Of a stretch of 64,000 nt of DNA, positions 25,450-40,887 are shown one piece after another (position 1 is the first letter of the stretch; every line of letters starts with the position of its first letter). Made by a program: the position numbers and the translations under genes. Origin of the DNA: Eledone cirrhosa. Taxonomy: Eukaryota. The notes beneath the pieces are model-generated. The model was not told the DNA's origin. It did not search any database and was given only the letters and a program-made list of their open reading frames with translations. Where the stretch lies: assembly GCA_964016885.1 (NCBI GenBank), contig OZ024762.1:23994001-24058000 (forward strand), written 5' to 3'.

Positions 25450-27440
25450 TCTTCTTCTTCTTCTCCCACTTATTCCTGAAAGGGTTGTGGAGGCAGAGCC
25501 CTCAAACACTCCCTCCAGCGGGTCGTGTTAGAAGCAACCATCTGCAACTGATCTGGCTGGATCCCCAAGCATGACCAGCCAAACTCATGGATGTTATCCT
25601 TGGGTCTCCTGCCAGTTGGTTCTGCCCGTAAAATCTGTCCAGCCATTCTTACCTGAGACATTCTAACCACATGTCCATAGTATCAGAGCTGTGATCTCTC
25701 AATTCAGAGAAGTAGCAGCTCTACCTGGAGTGACTCTCCAGTGATTCTTTACTGAGACATTCTAACCCCATGTCCATAGTATCAGACCTGTGATCTCTCA
25801 ATTCAGAGAAGTAGCAGCTCTACTTGGAGTGACTCTCCAGTGATTCTTTCCTGAGACATTCTAACCCCATGTCCATAGTATCAGAGCTGTGATCTCTCAA
25901 TTCAGAGAAGTAGCAGCTCTACCTGGAGTGACTCTCTAGTGATTCTTTCCTGAGACATTCTAACCACATGTCCATAGTATCAGACCTGTGATCTCTCAAT
26001 TCAGAGAAGTAGCAGTCCTACCTGGAGTGACTCTTCAGTGATTCTTTCCTGAGACATTCTAACCACATGTCCATAGTATCAGAGCTGTGATCTCTCAATT
26101 CAGAGAAGTAGCAGCTCTACCTGGAGTGACTCTCTAGGGATTCTTTCCTGAGACATTCTAACCACATGTCCATAGTATCAGAGCTGTGATCTCTCAATTC
26201 AGAGAAGTAGCAGCTCTACCTGGAGTGACTCTCCAGCCATTCTTTCCTGAGACATTCTAACCACATGTCCATAGTATCAGACCTGTGATCTCTCAATTCA
26301 GAGAAGTAGCAGCTCTACCTGGAGTGACTCTCTAGTGATTCTTTCCTGAGACATTCTAACCACATGTCCATAGTATCAGAGCTGTGATCTCTCAATTCAG
26401 AGAAGTAGCAGCTCTACCTGGAGTGACTCTCTAGGGATTCTTTCCTGAGACATTCTAACCACATGTCCATAGTATCAGAGCTGTGATCTCTCAATTCAGA
26501 GAAGTAGCAGCTCTACCTGGAGTGACTCTCTGATCTCAGAGCTACAAATCTGTCCAGCCATTCTTTCCTGAGACATTCTAACCACATGACCATAGTATCA
26601 GAGCTGTGATCTCTCAATTCAGAGAAGTAGCAGCTCTACCTGGAGTGACTCTCTAGGGATTCTTTCCTGAGACATTCTAACCACATGTCCATAGTATCAG
26701 AGCTGTGATCTCTCAATTCAGAGAAGTAGCAGCTCTACCTGGAGTGACTCTCTGATCTCAGAGCTACAAATCTGTCCAGCCATTCTTTCCTGAGACATTC
26801 TAACCACATGACCATAGTATCAGAGCTGTGATCTCTCAATTCAGAGAAGTAGCAGCTCTACCTGGAGTGACTCTCTAGGGATTCTTTCCTGAGACATTCT
26901 AACCACATGTCCATAGTATCAGAGCTGTGATCCCTCAATTCAGAGAAGTAGCAGTTCTACCTGGAGTGACTCTCTAGTGATTCTTTCCTGAGACATTCTA
27001 ACCACATGTCCATAGTATCAGAGCTGTGATCTCTCAATTCAGAGAAGTAGCAGCTCTACCTGGAGTGACTCTCTAGGGATTCTTTCCTGAGACATTCTAA
27101 CCACATGTCCATAGTATCAGAGCTGTGATTCTTTCCTGAGACATTCTAACCACATGTCCATAGTATCAGACCTGTTATCTCTCAATTCAGAGAAGTAGCA
27201 GCTCTACCTGGAGTGACTCTCTGATCTCAGAGCTACAAATCTGTCCAGCAATTCTTTGCTGAGACATTCTAACCACATGTCCATAGTATTGGAGCTGTGA
27301 TCTCTCAATTCACAGAAGTAGTGGCTCTACCTGGAGTGACTATCATCTCCAAGCTACACACTTTATCAAATAACCTTACTCCAAAGACCCTTTGGAGGAA
27401 TCCCATTTCAGCCACTTGTATTTGCAATCATATTCTTTCA
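25450..27440 (-). mobile_element. Expander/Rex3-like RTE 3' fragment with internal 99-bp tandem array (25650-27340)
   Basis: IQVAEMGFLQRVFGVRLFDKV ... SLQVEPLLL.IERSQL.YYGHVVRMS ... PTGRRP ... WR; unit starts 25653, 25752, 25851, 25950. Confidence 0.85.
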
Positions 27441-27752
27441 CTCTTACCATATTTTTTTAAAATTTTAATTTATTTTTTAAATTTTTTATAAATTCAAAAT
27501 ATTATAATAATTTACATGAATACCACTGCATGTGTGAAAATGTGTTTGTGTTTTTGTGAATGTGTGTGTGTATGAGACGGTATTTGTGTGTGGGTGTGAA
27601 AATGTATCTGTGTGTATGTGAATATGTCTGTGTGTGTGTATGTGAATATGTGTGTGTATGAGATAGTGTGTTTGTGTGTGAGAGAGAGAGAGAAAGTGAG
27701 AGAATAAGTTAAGGAATGACAAATGCTATGGTATGTTTGTAACTTATTGATT

Positions 27753-28224
27753 CACCATCATCAATACCACCACCACCATCATCAATACCACCACCACCAT
27801 CATCAATACCACCACCACCATCATCAATACCACCACCACCACCATCATCAATACCACCACCACCATCATCAATACCACCACCATCACCACCATCACCATC
27901 ATCAATACCACCACCACCACCACCACCACCACCACCACCACCATCAATACCACCAACACCATCAATACCACCACCACCATCAATACCACCACCACCACCA
28001 CCATCAATACCACCACCACCACCACCATCAATACCACCACCACCACCATCAATACCACCACCACCATCACCACCACCATCAATACCACCACCACCACCAC
28101 CATCAATACCACCACCACCACCATCAATACCACCACCACCATCACCACCACCATCAATACCACCACCACCACGACCACCATCAATACCACCAGCAGCAGC
28201 AGCACCACCACCACCATCAATACC

Positions 28225-28257
<33 letters not shown>

Positions 28258-30169
28258 AATACCACCATCACCACCACCACCACCATTATAGTGTGACAAC
28301 CTGTCTAACCTATGAAAGCCATGGAAAATAGATGTTAAATGTTATTTATGATATACTGATGATTTCAGGTAGGTAGACAGGTAGGTAGATAGACAGGCAG
28401 GTAGATAGATAGACAGGTAGGTAGATAGATAGGTAGGTAGATAGATAGACAGATAGACAGGTAGGCAGATAGGTAGATAGACAGGTAGATAGGTAGATAG
28501 ACAGGCAGGTAGATAGGTAGATAGATAGACAGGTAGATAAACAGGCAGGTAGACAGGCAGGTAGATAGTTAGACAGGTAGATAGATAGGCAGATAGACAG
28601 GCAGGTAGATAGTTAGACAGGTAGATAGATAGACAGGCAGGTAGATAGATAGGCAGGCAGGTAGATAGTTAGACAGGTAGATAGATAGGCAGGCAGGTAG
28701 ATAGTTAGACAGGTAGATAGATAGGCAGGCAGGTAGATAGTTAGACAGGTAGATAGATAGGCAGGCAGGTAGATAGTTAGACAGGTAGATAGATAGGCAG
28801 GCAGGTAGATAGTTAGACAGGTAGATATGTAGAAAGATATGTGATTCAGTGTTCACCGTGTAACAGTGAAAGCTGCAGTACCAACCATAGTGTAAGGTGA
28901 CAGTAGTATTGTTGTTGTTATAATTACTAGTAGTAGTAGCAGTAGTTATGGTAGTAGTAATGGTTAGTATATACCTGTTACCACCTGATAATGCTACCTT
29001 GCATAATTATATAAACTTGGTATGGTGGTGTGGTGTGGGGTAGTGTGGTGTGGTGTGGTGGTGTGGTGTGGTTGTGGTGTGGTGTGGTGTGGTGTGGTGC
29101 GGTGGTGGTGTGGTGTGGTGGTGGTGTGGTGTGGTGTGGTGTGGTTGTGGTGTGGTGTGGTGTGGTGTGGTGCGGTGGTGGTGTGGTGTGGGGTAGTGTG
29201 GTGGTGTGGTGCGGTGGTGTGGTGTGGTGTGGTGTGGTGGTGTGGTGTGGGGTAGTGTGGTGTGGTGTGGTGTGGTGGTGTGGTGCGGTGTGATGGTGGT
29301 GTGGTGTGGTGGTGGTGTGGTGGTGTGGTGTGGGGTAGTGGTGGTGTGGTGGCGGTGTGGTGGGGTGGTTTGGGGCAGTGCGGGTGGTGTGGTGGTGGTG
29401 TGGTGGGGTAGTGGGGGGTGGTGGGGTGGTGTGGTGGTGGTGTAGTGTGGTGTGGGTGTGGTAGTGTGGTGTGATGTGGTGGTTGTGGTGTGGGGTGGTG
29501 TGGTGTGGGGTAGTGTGGTGTGGTGTGGTGGTGGTGTGGTGGTGTGGTGTGGTGGTGGTGTGGTGTGGTGTGGGGTAGTGTGGTGTGGTGTGGTGTGGTG
29601 GTGGTGGTGGTCTCTATATATCTCCCTAGCTAAATACACATATACACACATACAGGTTCATATATATATACACATACACACACTACACTACTCTATATAC
29701 ACACACACGACTACTCTATATACACACACACGACTACTCTATATACACACACTACACTACTCTATATACACACACATACCACTACTCTATACACACACAC
29801 CACTTCTCTATATGCACACACATGTCCTACTCTATATACACACACACCACTACTCTATATACATACATACTACACTACTCTATATACACACATACTACAC
29901 TACTCTATATACACACACACACCACTACTCTATATATACACACATGCCATACTGTATACACACACTACACTACTCTATACACACACACACCACCACTCTA
30001 TACACACACACACACCACTACTCTATATACACACACACACACAACCACACACTACACACAACCACACACTACACTATACTCTATACACATGCACATCTAT
30101 ATACACACGCGTATATACACACATACACAGCTTAGATGCTTCATTCCATACACGCACACACAGTGCTAT

Positions 30170-30216
<47 letters not shown>

Positions 30217-33200
30217 TACAGTCTCCTATACATACACATACATCTATACACATATATACACAGACTAGTCATACATATACACACTTCTATATACAACCTA
30301 TATATGATGATGATGATGATGATGATGATATTTCTATACACATATACACACACATATTTGCTCTTTGATATACAAACACACACACATCTCTCTCTACACA
30401 CACATCTATGCACAAACATACACACACATCTCTCTCTCTACACACACACATCTATCTCTACACGCACACATATCTATGCACAAACACACACATCTATGCA
30501 CAAACACACACACATCTATGCACAAACACACACACATCTATGCACAAACACACACACATATCTATGCACAAACACACACACATCTATGCACAAACACACA
30601 CATCTCTCTCTACACACACATCTATGCACAAACACACACACATCTATGCACAAACACACACACACATCTCTCTCTACACACACATCTATGCACAAACACA
30701 CACACATCTCTCTCTACACACACATCTATGCACAAACACACACACATCTATGCACAAACACACACATATCTCTCTCTACACACACACATCTATGCACAAA
30801 CACAAACATTTGCTTACACTGCTATATACACATACATACACATCTATAAACACATATGCACTCACATGCATATACTTCTATATACACATACACATTTCTA
30901 TACATACATACATTCTTATACACACCATGCATACACTTTGATATATATACACACGCTTTTAAACATATAAAAACACGCACATACATACACTTCTATATAC
31001 ATATACACACATACATGCACTTCTATATACATATACACACTTGTATATACATATACACATACATACATACACTTCTATATACATATACACACATACATGC
31101 AATTTTATATACATATACACACTTGTATATACATATACACATACATACATACACACATACATACACTTCTATATACATATACACACTTGTATATACACAT
31201 GCACAATCTTCTATGTGCATATAAACACACACATGCATACACTTATATACACATAAAAACACTTCTATACATATGCATCACCTCTATATACACATACACA
31301 CTTCTATACACATTCTACACACTTCTAATATAAACACATTCTACACACTTCTAATATACACACATTCTACACACTTCTAATATACACACAATCTACACAC
31401 TTCTAATATACACACAATCTACACACTTCTAATATATAGGTGTGTTATAGAGCAGTTTGTTTTCTATCAAACATAAATATTGCATCTATATGTATGTGTA
31501 TATATGTGTGTATGTATAAGTATATATATACACACACAGGTGTGCATACACATACGTGTGCATGTATACACATACACACATGTGTTTGTGTGTGAGTATA
31601 TATATATATGCATACGCACATATATATTTTTTTCATTTTATATATATATATATATATATATATTTCTATACACACACACATGCAGATAATGTGTGCATAC
31701 ACACACAGGTATATATGTGTATGCATGCATGTATGTGCATATGCATATATGTGCACATGCATGCATGTGCCAAAAGCAGAAACAATTATTTATATATATT
31801 TAATATAGAAATGGCTTCTACAGGGCTAGAACTGTTTCATTCGAAGGAAATCATCAAGAATTAATGATTTCCTTCGAATGAAACAGTTCTAGTCCTGTAG
31901 AAGCCATTTCTATATTAAATATTTATACTCTGCTATGTATTGAGTACTTTACTTATTGTGGTTACCCCCGATTGAACCGGGGATACACACACACACACAC
32001 ACACATATATATAGGTATATACACGCACACACTACAGAGAGTGTGTGAGTGAGTCTGCGAAGCCGAAACTGCTTGGTGCCGTGGTCTGGTTTTAACTTCT
32101 CTCTCTGTGTATGTGTATATGTATACACACACATACCACACACATACACACTTATACGTACATACACACCAATATTTATGTATGTAGTGTGCATGTGACT
32201 TTACGACGTGTTTGTATGTGTCTATGTCTGTACGTATGTATATGTATATATATATGTGTGTGTGTCTGTGTGTATGTGTGTATGTCTCTATGTCTGTACG
32301 TAGGTATATGTATATATATATACATGTGTGTGTGTGTGTCTGTGTGTGTGTGTCTGTGTGTGTGTGTCTGTGTGTGTGACTAAACACAGTTTGGCAATGA
32401 TTGGTGAAGCACCTTTCTCGTTACTAATTAGTCACCAACACTATTACCACTACTACTACTACTTGTACCATTACTACTACTACTACTACTACTACTACTT
32501 GTACCATTACTACTACTACCACTACTACTACTACTTGTACCATTACTACTACTACTACTACTACTACTACTTGTACCATTACTACTACTACTACCACTAC
32601 TACTTGTACCATTACTACTACTACTACTACTACTTGTACCATTACTACTACCACTACTACTACTACTTGTACCATTACTACTACTACTACTACTACCACT
32701 ACAACTACTACTTGTACCATTACTACTACTACCACTACAACTACTACTACTACTACCACTACAACTACTACTTGTACCATTACTACTACTACTACCATTA
32801 CCACTACTACTACCACCACCACCACTACCACCACCACCACTACCACCACCACTACAACCATACGAGGGATAATATATATACATATATATACACACGTGAA
32901 CGCATATAATATATATACACACACACGCATATACAAATAAACAAATACATACATACATACATACACACATACTTATACGTATACGCATATGTGTGTGTGT
33001 CTGTTTACCTTATTCTATTAGTCTGTCTTCCCCACATTTACTTTACTTCACATTCTACTACTCTCACCGTCACCATTGTCCTTAAACACCGTTACTGCTA
33101 CCACCTCTATATTGCATTACTACTGCTACCACTGTTACACGCTCTACTCCTACTACTGTTACTATTGCTACCACCACAACCGATTCTACTTCTACCGCCA

Positions 33201-36043
33201 CCTCTATTACGACTATAGCTGCTACCACTACTTCTATCTCTCTACTGTCACCGCTACCATTATAGTTGCTACTGCTACCACCTCAACCGTATCTACTGCC
33301 ACCGCCACCACTATTGCGACTATTGCTGCTACTACCACCACCACTGTTGAGACTATTGCTACTACTACCACCACCTCGACCATATCTACTGCCACCGCCA
33401 CCACCTTTGCGACTATTGCTACTGCTACTACCACCTCGACCGCATCTACTGCCACCGCCACTACTATTGCTCTTACTACGACCTCGATCTACTCCCACCG
33501 CCACCACCTTTGCAACTATTGCTGCCACTGTTGCGTCTATAACTCCTACTACTACCTCTACTATTGCTACTACCGCTACCACCACACATATCGCTATTAC
33601 TTCTACCCCCACCACTACCACCGCTCTATCACTGCTACTACCACCACACCTGTCGCAACTACGTTCTTCCCCACCGCTCTATTATTGCTACCACCTCTAT
33701 TACCTCTGCTACCACCACTACTAACGCTAGGCTATCGTCGCTACTATCACACCTGTCGCTACCGTCTCAGTCTCTTCTACTCCCACCGCTACTATCACAG
33801 CATCCGCTACCACCTCTATCACCACTACTAACAACGCTGCCACCACCACACCTGTAGCTACTACCCCTTCCCCAACACCACCACTGCCACCGCTCTATCG
33901 CCACCACCACCACTACTAACACTAGACTATCGTCGCTACTATCACACCTGTCACTACCGTCTCAGTCACTTCTACTCCCACCGCTACCACCACAGCATCC
34001 GCTACCATCTCTATCGCCACTACTGCCACCGCTACTACCGGTCTATCGCCACCACCACCGCACTACCTCCACTAACTATAGTCTATCGCCGCTACTACCA
34101 CACCTGTCGCTACTGTCTCAGTCGCTTCTACTCCCACCGCTACCACCAGAGCAGCAGCTACCACCTCTATCGCCACTACTAACACTAGACTATTGCCGCT
34201 ACCGTCACAGTCGCTTCTACTCCCACCGCTACCACCTCTATCGCCACTACTACCACCGCTACTACCGGTCTATCGCTGCTACCACCTCTATCGCCACTAC
34301 TGCCACCGCTACTACCTGTCTATCACTGCTCCCACCCCTTGTCACCACTACTGCCACCACTACCACTATCGCTGCAGCTGCTGCTGTCGTTGCTACCACA
34401 TCAAGTGTCACTACTCCCACCGCCACTACTGCTACCACATCAAGTGTCACTACTCCCACCGCCACTACTGCTACCACTACGACTGTGATCAACGCTGGAT
34501 GCTGCTACCACGTCTACTGTTACTACTCTTACTTCTACCGCCACTTTGGCTTTTCTACATAGCTTCTCACATCAACCACTACCTTTTTTTTTTACACACC
34601 TGTCACCACCACTACTACTACCACCACCACCACTACCACCACCAACAGCACTGCTACTACTACCACCACTACTACTACTAACACCACCACTACTACTACT
34701 AACACCACCACTACTACCACTACACCTGTCACAACTATCAACACAACTACCACCACTACTACTACTACCACCACCACTACCACCACCAACAGCACTGCTA
34801 CTACTACCACCACTACTACTACTAACACCACCACTACTACCACTACACCTGTCACAACTATCAACACAACTACCACCACTACTACTACTACCACCACCAC
34901 TACCACCACCAACAGCACTGCTACTACTACCACCACTACTACTACTAACACCACCACTACTACCACTACACCTGTCACAACTATCAACACAACTACCACC
35001 ACTACTACTACTACCACCACCACTACCACCACCAACAGCACTGCTACTACTACCACCACTACTACTACTAACACCACCACTACTACCACTACACCTGTCA
35101 CAACTATCAACACAACTACCACCACTACTACTACTACCACCACCACTACCACCACCAACAGCACTGCTACTACTACCACCACTACTACTACTAACACCAC
35201 CACTACTACCACTACACCTGTCACAACCATCAACACAACTACCACCACTACTACTACTACCACCACCACTACCACCACCAACAGCACTGCTACTACTACC
35301 ACCACTACTACTACTAACACCACCACTACTATCACTACACCTGTCACAACCATCAACACAACTACTACCACCACTAGCACTACCGCCACTACTACTACCA
35401 ACACCACCACTACTGCTATGCTACTAACACCACCACTACTGCCACCAGCACCATCACAACTACCACTACATCTGTCACAACCACCAGCACAACTACTACC
35501 ACCACCACTGCCACTCCCACTATCACTACTACCACCGCCACTACCACAACTACTAACACCACCACACCTGTCACACAAGCACTCCAACCACCACCACCAC
35601 CACCACCAGCAGCATTACCACTGCTGCCACCACCACTACTACTACCGCTACCAGAACATCACCATCAGCTCAGACTATATCGCCACCACCACCACTACAA
35701 CCACTACAACCACCACCACTACTACCACCACTACCACCGCCGCCACCACTGTAACCACCACTGCATAAACTATCGCGACCACCACCACTTCTCTTACTAC
35801 TACCACTACTACAGTTGTAGTAGTAGTGGTAGTGGTATTAGCAGCAGCAGTGCCAGTGGTAGTAGTAGTAGTAGTAGTAGGATTCCGGTGGTGGTGAAGG
35901 TTGTAGTAGCAGCAATGACTGGGGAGGGGTGTGGTGGGAGGAGAGGGGACAAAACACCTGACACACATTGATGTGGTAGTTGTAAGTTTGACTAGTACTA
36001 CTACTACTATTACTACTACTACTACTATTACTACTACTACTAG

Positions 36044-36077
<34 letters not shown>

Positions 36078-36219
36078 GCTACCGTTACTACTACTACCGT
36101 TATTACTATTACTACTAGTACTGCTAGTACTACTACTACTTCTACTACAGCTACTACTACTACTACTTCTACTACAGCTACTACTACTACTACTACTACT
36201 ACTGCTGCTTCTACTACCG

Positions 36220-36251
<32 letters not shown>

Positions 36252-36760
36252 GATGCTACTACTACTACTATATTCACCACCACCACTACCACTATTGTTA
36301 CTACTATCTCTACTGCTACACTCTCATCACCACTACTACAACACTAACTCCACTAGCACCACTGCAGCGCAGCACATACCACCACGTCATACCACCACCA
36401 CCACAACCACCACGTCATACCACCACCACCACCACGACATACCACCACCACAACCACCACGTCATACCACCACCACCACCACGTCATACCACCACCACCA
36501 CCACGTCATACCACCACCACCACGTCATACCACCACCACCACCACGACATACCACCACGCCATACCACCACCACCACCACCACGACATACCACCACGCCA
36601 TACCACCACGACATACCACCACCACCACCACCACCATCACCACCACCACCACGACATACCACCACGCCATACCACCACGACATACCACCACCACCACCAC
36701 CACCATCACCACCACCACCACCACCACCACCACCACCACCAGTACAGCCACCACAGCCAA
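27753..36760. repeat. ~9 kb simple-repeat field: (CAC/CAT)n, (TAGA/CAGG)n, (GGTGT)n, (CA)n, (TAC)n, with a 123-bp higher-order unit at ~34600-35370
   Basis: Direct inspection; explains poly-H/G/T/P/V/Y ORFs. Confidence 0.9.
31796..31922. repeat. Family-B palindrome with degenerate hammerhead cores
   Basis: ggcttctacagggctagaactgtttcattcgaagg...ccttcgaatgaaacagttctagtcctgtagaagcc. Confidence 0.8.
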
Positions 36761-37344
36761 TAACGACGAAAAAAATCAACTCCCGTCACGTGCTAACGAC
36801 AGTTTCACAACGAAGTCATTAAAACTGCTAGAAATAGCAGCCTAATCTCTCTTCTGTTTTAGAAAAAGATGTTAGATAACAAAGACGTCATCACCACCTT
36901 CACTACCACCATTATCATCATCACCAACAACATCTTAATTGCTTTAACCCTTTCGTTATCATATTTTTAATGAAAGACTGCCTGTGGGTATTCAAAAAAT
37001 GTTGAATATTATCAAGAATTTTGAAAGATTTAATTAATCTTTAATCTATCTTTCGCATTATTAATCAGATAAGGTGTGGTAAAAACCAGGTAGACCATAA
37101 CCCACCAGAGTACTCGATACTTGGGGTAGTAGAGTGGGTAATATGAAAAGATTCAGGATCCCGGCGGCTGAGCTCCGAGTTCGGGTATAGCTGTCGAAAT
37201 GGCCGGAGCTCAGCCGTCGGGGTCCTGAATCTTTTCCATATTTCGCATTATTAAGCTACTGGCTGTATTGAACATAACTAAGCTTCTAATATATAATTTA
37301 TAACGGAAAGTTTTTAGATAAATATAAACACTTTAGTATAAACA

Positions 37345-37540
37345 CAGACCTATCAAACTCTCCCCCGTCGGACGGGGAAATCTCCCAGTTATTTCGGCGT
37401 GGGTCAGAGATATCTTCTCTTGTGAAAATGGCTATAGTTTTCATTATGTAAAACTCCCTATTTTGCCTAATTTCTCCCCGTTTTGGGACACTTTTTTTCA
37501 TGGTACTCCCCGTTGGGGTTTTAAGAGGTTGGCAGGTCTG
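37345..37540. mobile_element. MITE with CAGACCT termini and 6-bp TSD
   Basis: taaaca|CAGACCTATCAAACTCT...AGAGGTTGGCAGGTCTG|taaaca. Confidence 0.75.
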
Positions 37541-37689
37541 TAAACAATTTTCTATCATAAAATTAGGGGTGTTTTCAGGTGGTTTGGTCTCAAGTTTTAA
37601 TTTTCTTACCATATTTCTAGTGAAATACACTGCGTGTGGTTTTCAAATAATTTTGAAAATAGTGAAGAATTTGAAAGTACTATAACTAT

Positions 37690-37873
37690 CTCAGTGGAGA
37701 CTTCTGGTGTCCCTAGGGCCACCACCCTGCTTACCACTATCTGCACAGAGTTGGCTACCCACAGGTGTGAGCCCCGCAAGCTGGAATGGCTCTTCCACCA
37801 CATCACCCGCACCATCCTTCGGGGAAATGCCTACTCTATTCTTTCTATCTGGGTCCCCATTTGCTTACAATAG
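37690..37873 (+). mobile_element. CRE-like (restriction-like endonuclease) LINE C-terminus
   Basis: SVETSG...WLFHHITRTILRGNAYSIL resembles the conserved VET.G...QR.S...RGNA..IL tail of CRE-clade elements. Confidence 0.6.
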
Positions 37874-37877
37874 TGAA

Positions 37878-40355
37878 AGATGGGGAGAGTGGGAGAAACG
37901 GAGGTTGTGACAGTGGGAGTTTGGTTCCTTTGTGTTCGGCCCTGGTGTATATATGAGAGATGGGGGAGAGTGGGAGAGACGGAGGCTGTGACAGTGGGAG
38001 TTTGGCTCCTTTGTGTTCGGACCTGGTGTATATATGAGAGATGGGGAGAGCGGGAGAGACGGAGGTTGTGACAGTGGGAGTTTGGCTCCTTTGTGTTCGG
38101 ACCTGGTGTATATATGAGAGATGGGGGAGAGTGGGAGAGACGGAGGCTGTGACAGTGGGAGTTTGGCTCCTTTGTGTTCGGACCTGGTGTATATATGAGA
38201 GATGGGGAGAGCGGGAGAGACGGAGGCTGTGACAGTGGGAGTTTGGCTCCTTTGTGTTCGGACCTGGTGTATATATGAGAGATGGGGGAGAGTGGGAGAG
38301 ACGGAGGCTGTGACAGTGGGAGTTTGGCTCCTTTGTGTTCGGACCTGGTGTATATATGAGAGATGGGGAGAGCGGGAGAGACGGAGGCTGTGACAGTGGG
38401 AGTTTGGTTCCTTTGTGTTCGGACCTGGTGTATATATGAGAGATGGGGGAGAGTGGGAGAGACGGAGGCTGTGACAGTGGGAGTTTGGCTCCTTTGTGTT
38501 CGGACCTGGTGTATATGTTAGAGATGGGGAGAGCGGGAGAGACGGAGGCTGTGACAGTAGGAGTTTGGCTCCTTTGTGTTCGGACCTGGTGTATATATGA
38601 GAGATGGGGAGAGCGGGAGAGACGGAGGTTGTGACAGTAGGAGTTTGGCTCCTTTGTGTTCGGACCTGGTGTATATATGAGAGATGGGGAGAGTGGGAGA
38701 GACGGAGGTTGTGACAGTGGGAGTTTGGCTCCTTTGTGTTCGGACCTGGTGTATATATGAGAGATGGGGAGAGTGGGAGAGACGGAGGTTGTGACAGTGG
38801 GAGTTTGGCTCCTTTGTGTTCGGACCTGGTGTATATATGAGAGATGGGGAGAGTGGGAGAGACGGAGGTTGTGACAGTGGGAGTTTGGCTCCTTTGTGTT
38901 CGGACCTGGTGTATATATGAGAGATGGGGAGAGTGGGAGAGACGGAGGTTGTGACAGTGGGAGTTTGGCTCCTTTGTGTTCGGACCTGGTGTATATATGA
39001 GAGATGGGGAGAGTGGGAGAGACGGAGGTTGTGACAGTGGGAGTTTGGCTCCTTTGTGTTCGGATCTGGTGTATATATGAGAGATGGGGAGAGTGGGAGA
39101 GACGGAGGTTGTGACAGTAGGAGTTTGGCTCCTTTGTGTTCGGACCTGGTGTATATATGAGAGATGGGGAGAGTGGGAGAGACGGAGGTTGTGACAGTAG
39201 GAGTTTGGCTCCTTTGTGTTCGGACCTGGTGTATATATGAGAGATGGGGAGAGTGGGAGAGACGGAGGCTGTGACAGTGGGAGTTTGGCTCCTTTGTGTT
39301 CGGACCTGGTGTATATGTTAGAGATGGGGAGAGCGGGAGAGACGGAGGCTGTGACAGTAGGAGTTTGGCTCCTTTGTGTTCGGATCTGGTGTATATATGA
39401 GAGATGGGGAGAGTGGGAGAGACGGAGGTTGTGACAGTGGGAGTTTGGCTCCTTTGTGTTCGGATCTGGTGTATATATGAGAGATGGGGAGAGCGGGAGA
39501 GACGGAGGTTGTGACAGTAGGAGTTTGGCTCCTTTGTGTTCGGACCTGGTGTATATGTTAGAGATGGGGAGAGCGGGAGAGACGGAGGCTGTGACAGTAG
39601 GAGTTTGGCTCCTTTGTGTTCGGACCTGGTGTATATGTTAGAGATGGGGAGAGCGGGAGAGACGGAGGCTGTGACAGTGGGAGTTTGGCTCCTTTGTGTT
39701 CGGACCTGGTGTATATGTTAGAGATGGGGAGAGCGGGAGAGACGGAGGCTGTGACAGTAGGAGTTTGGCTCCTTTGTGTTCGGACCTGGTGTATATGTTA
39801 GAGATGGGGAGAGCGGGAGAGACGGAGGCTGTGACAGTGGGAGTTTGGCTCCTTTGTCTTCGGACCTGGTGTATATGTTAGAGATGGGGAGAGCGGGAGA
39901 GACGGAGGCTGTGACAGTGGGAGTTTGGCTCCTTTGTGTTTGGACCTGGTGTATATGTTAGAGATGGGGAGAGCGGGAGAGACGGAGGCTGTGACAGTGG
40001 GAGTTTGGCTCCTTTGTGTTTGGACCTGGTGTATATGTTAGAGATGGGGAGAGCGGGAGAGACGGAGGTTGTGACAGTGGGAGTTTGGCTCCTTTGTGTT
40101 CGGACCTGGTGTATATATGAGAGATGGGGAGAGCGGGAGAGACGGAGGCTGTGACAGTAGGAGTTTGGCTCCTTTGTGTTCGGCCCTGGTGTATATATGA
40201 GAGATGGGGAGAGCGGGAGAGACGGAGGCTGTGACAGTAGGAGTTTGGCTCCTTTGTGTTCGGCCCTGGTGTATATATGAGAGATGGGGAGAGCGGGAGA
40301 GACGGAGGTTGTGACCGTGGGAGTTTGGCTCCTTTGTGTTCGGACCTGGTGTATA
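37878..40355. repeat. 80/81-bp minisatellite, ~31 copies
   Basis: Unit gagatggggagagygggagagacggaggytgtgacagtrggagtttggctcctttgtgttcggacctggtgtatatatga. Confidence 0.95.
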
Positions 40356-40482
40356 TATGTGTGTGTATAAGAGAGAATGAGTCTAAAAGCTGTTTTTTTA
40401 TAATCTTTAGATGACTAACTTTGTACAACACACCGGATTGTCATAAACTCACACAGAACCATCTCATTATTAAGTTGGTGCA

Positions 40483-40885
40483 GGGCAGCAGATTGGCAGT
40501 ATCGGTAGAGCGTCGGACAACATGCTTCGCAGCATGGAGTTACGGGCCTTTGCGTTCTGAGTTCAAATCCCGCCGAGGTTCACTTACCGGGTCGATAAAA
40601 TAAAGTACCAGTAATGTACTGAGATAATTGCTGGCTTTGTGCCTAACGTAGAAACAATTATTAAGTTGGTGCAGGGCAGCGGATTGGCAGTATCGGTAGA
40701 GCGTCGGACAACATGCTGCGCAGCATGGAGTTACGGGCCTTTGCATTCTGAGTTCAAATCCCGCCAAGGTTAGCTTTGCCTTTCATCCTTACGGGGTCGA
40801 TATAAAATAAAGCACCAGTAATACGCAGGGGTTGATTTAATCGACTTTGCCCTCCCCTTCAAATGTCTGGCCTTGTGGCTAAAGT
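40483..40885 (+). mobile_element. Tandem SINE S1 dimer
   Basis: Two copies, each preceded by attattaagttggtg. Confidence 0.85.
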
Positions 40886-40887
40886 GG

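Noticed and set aside
37298-37630. 110-aa unique-looking ORF
   Set aside because: Spans a MITE with TIRs and 6-bp TSD plus another dispersed repeat
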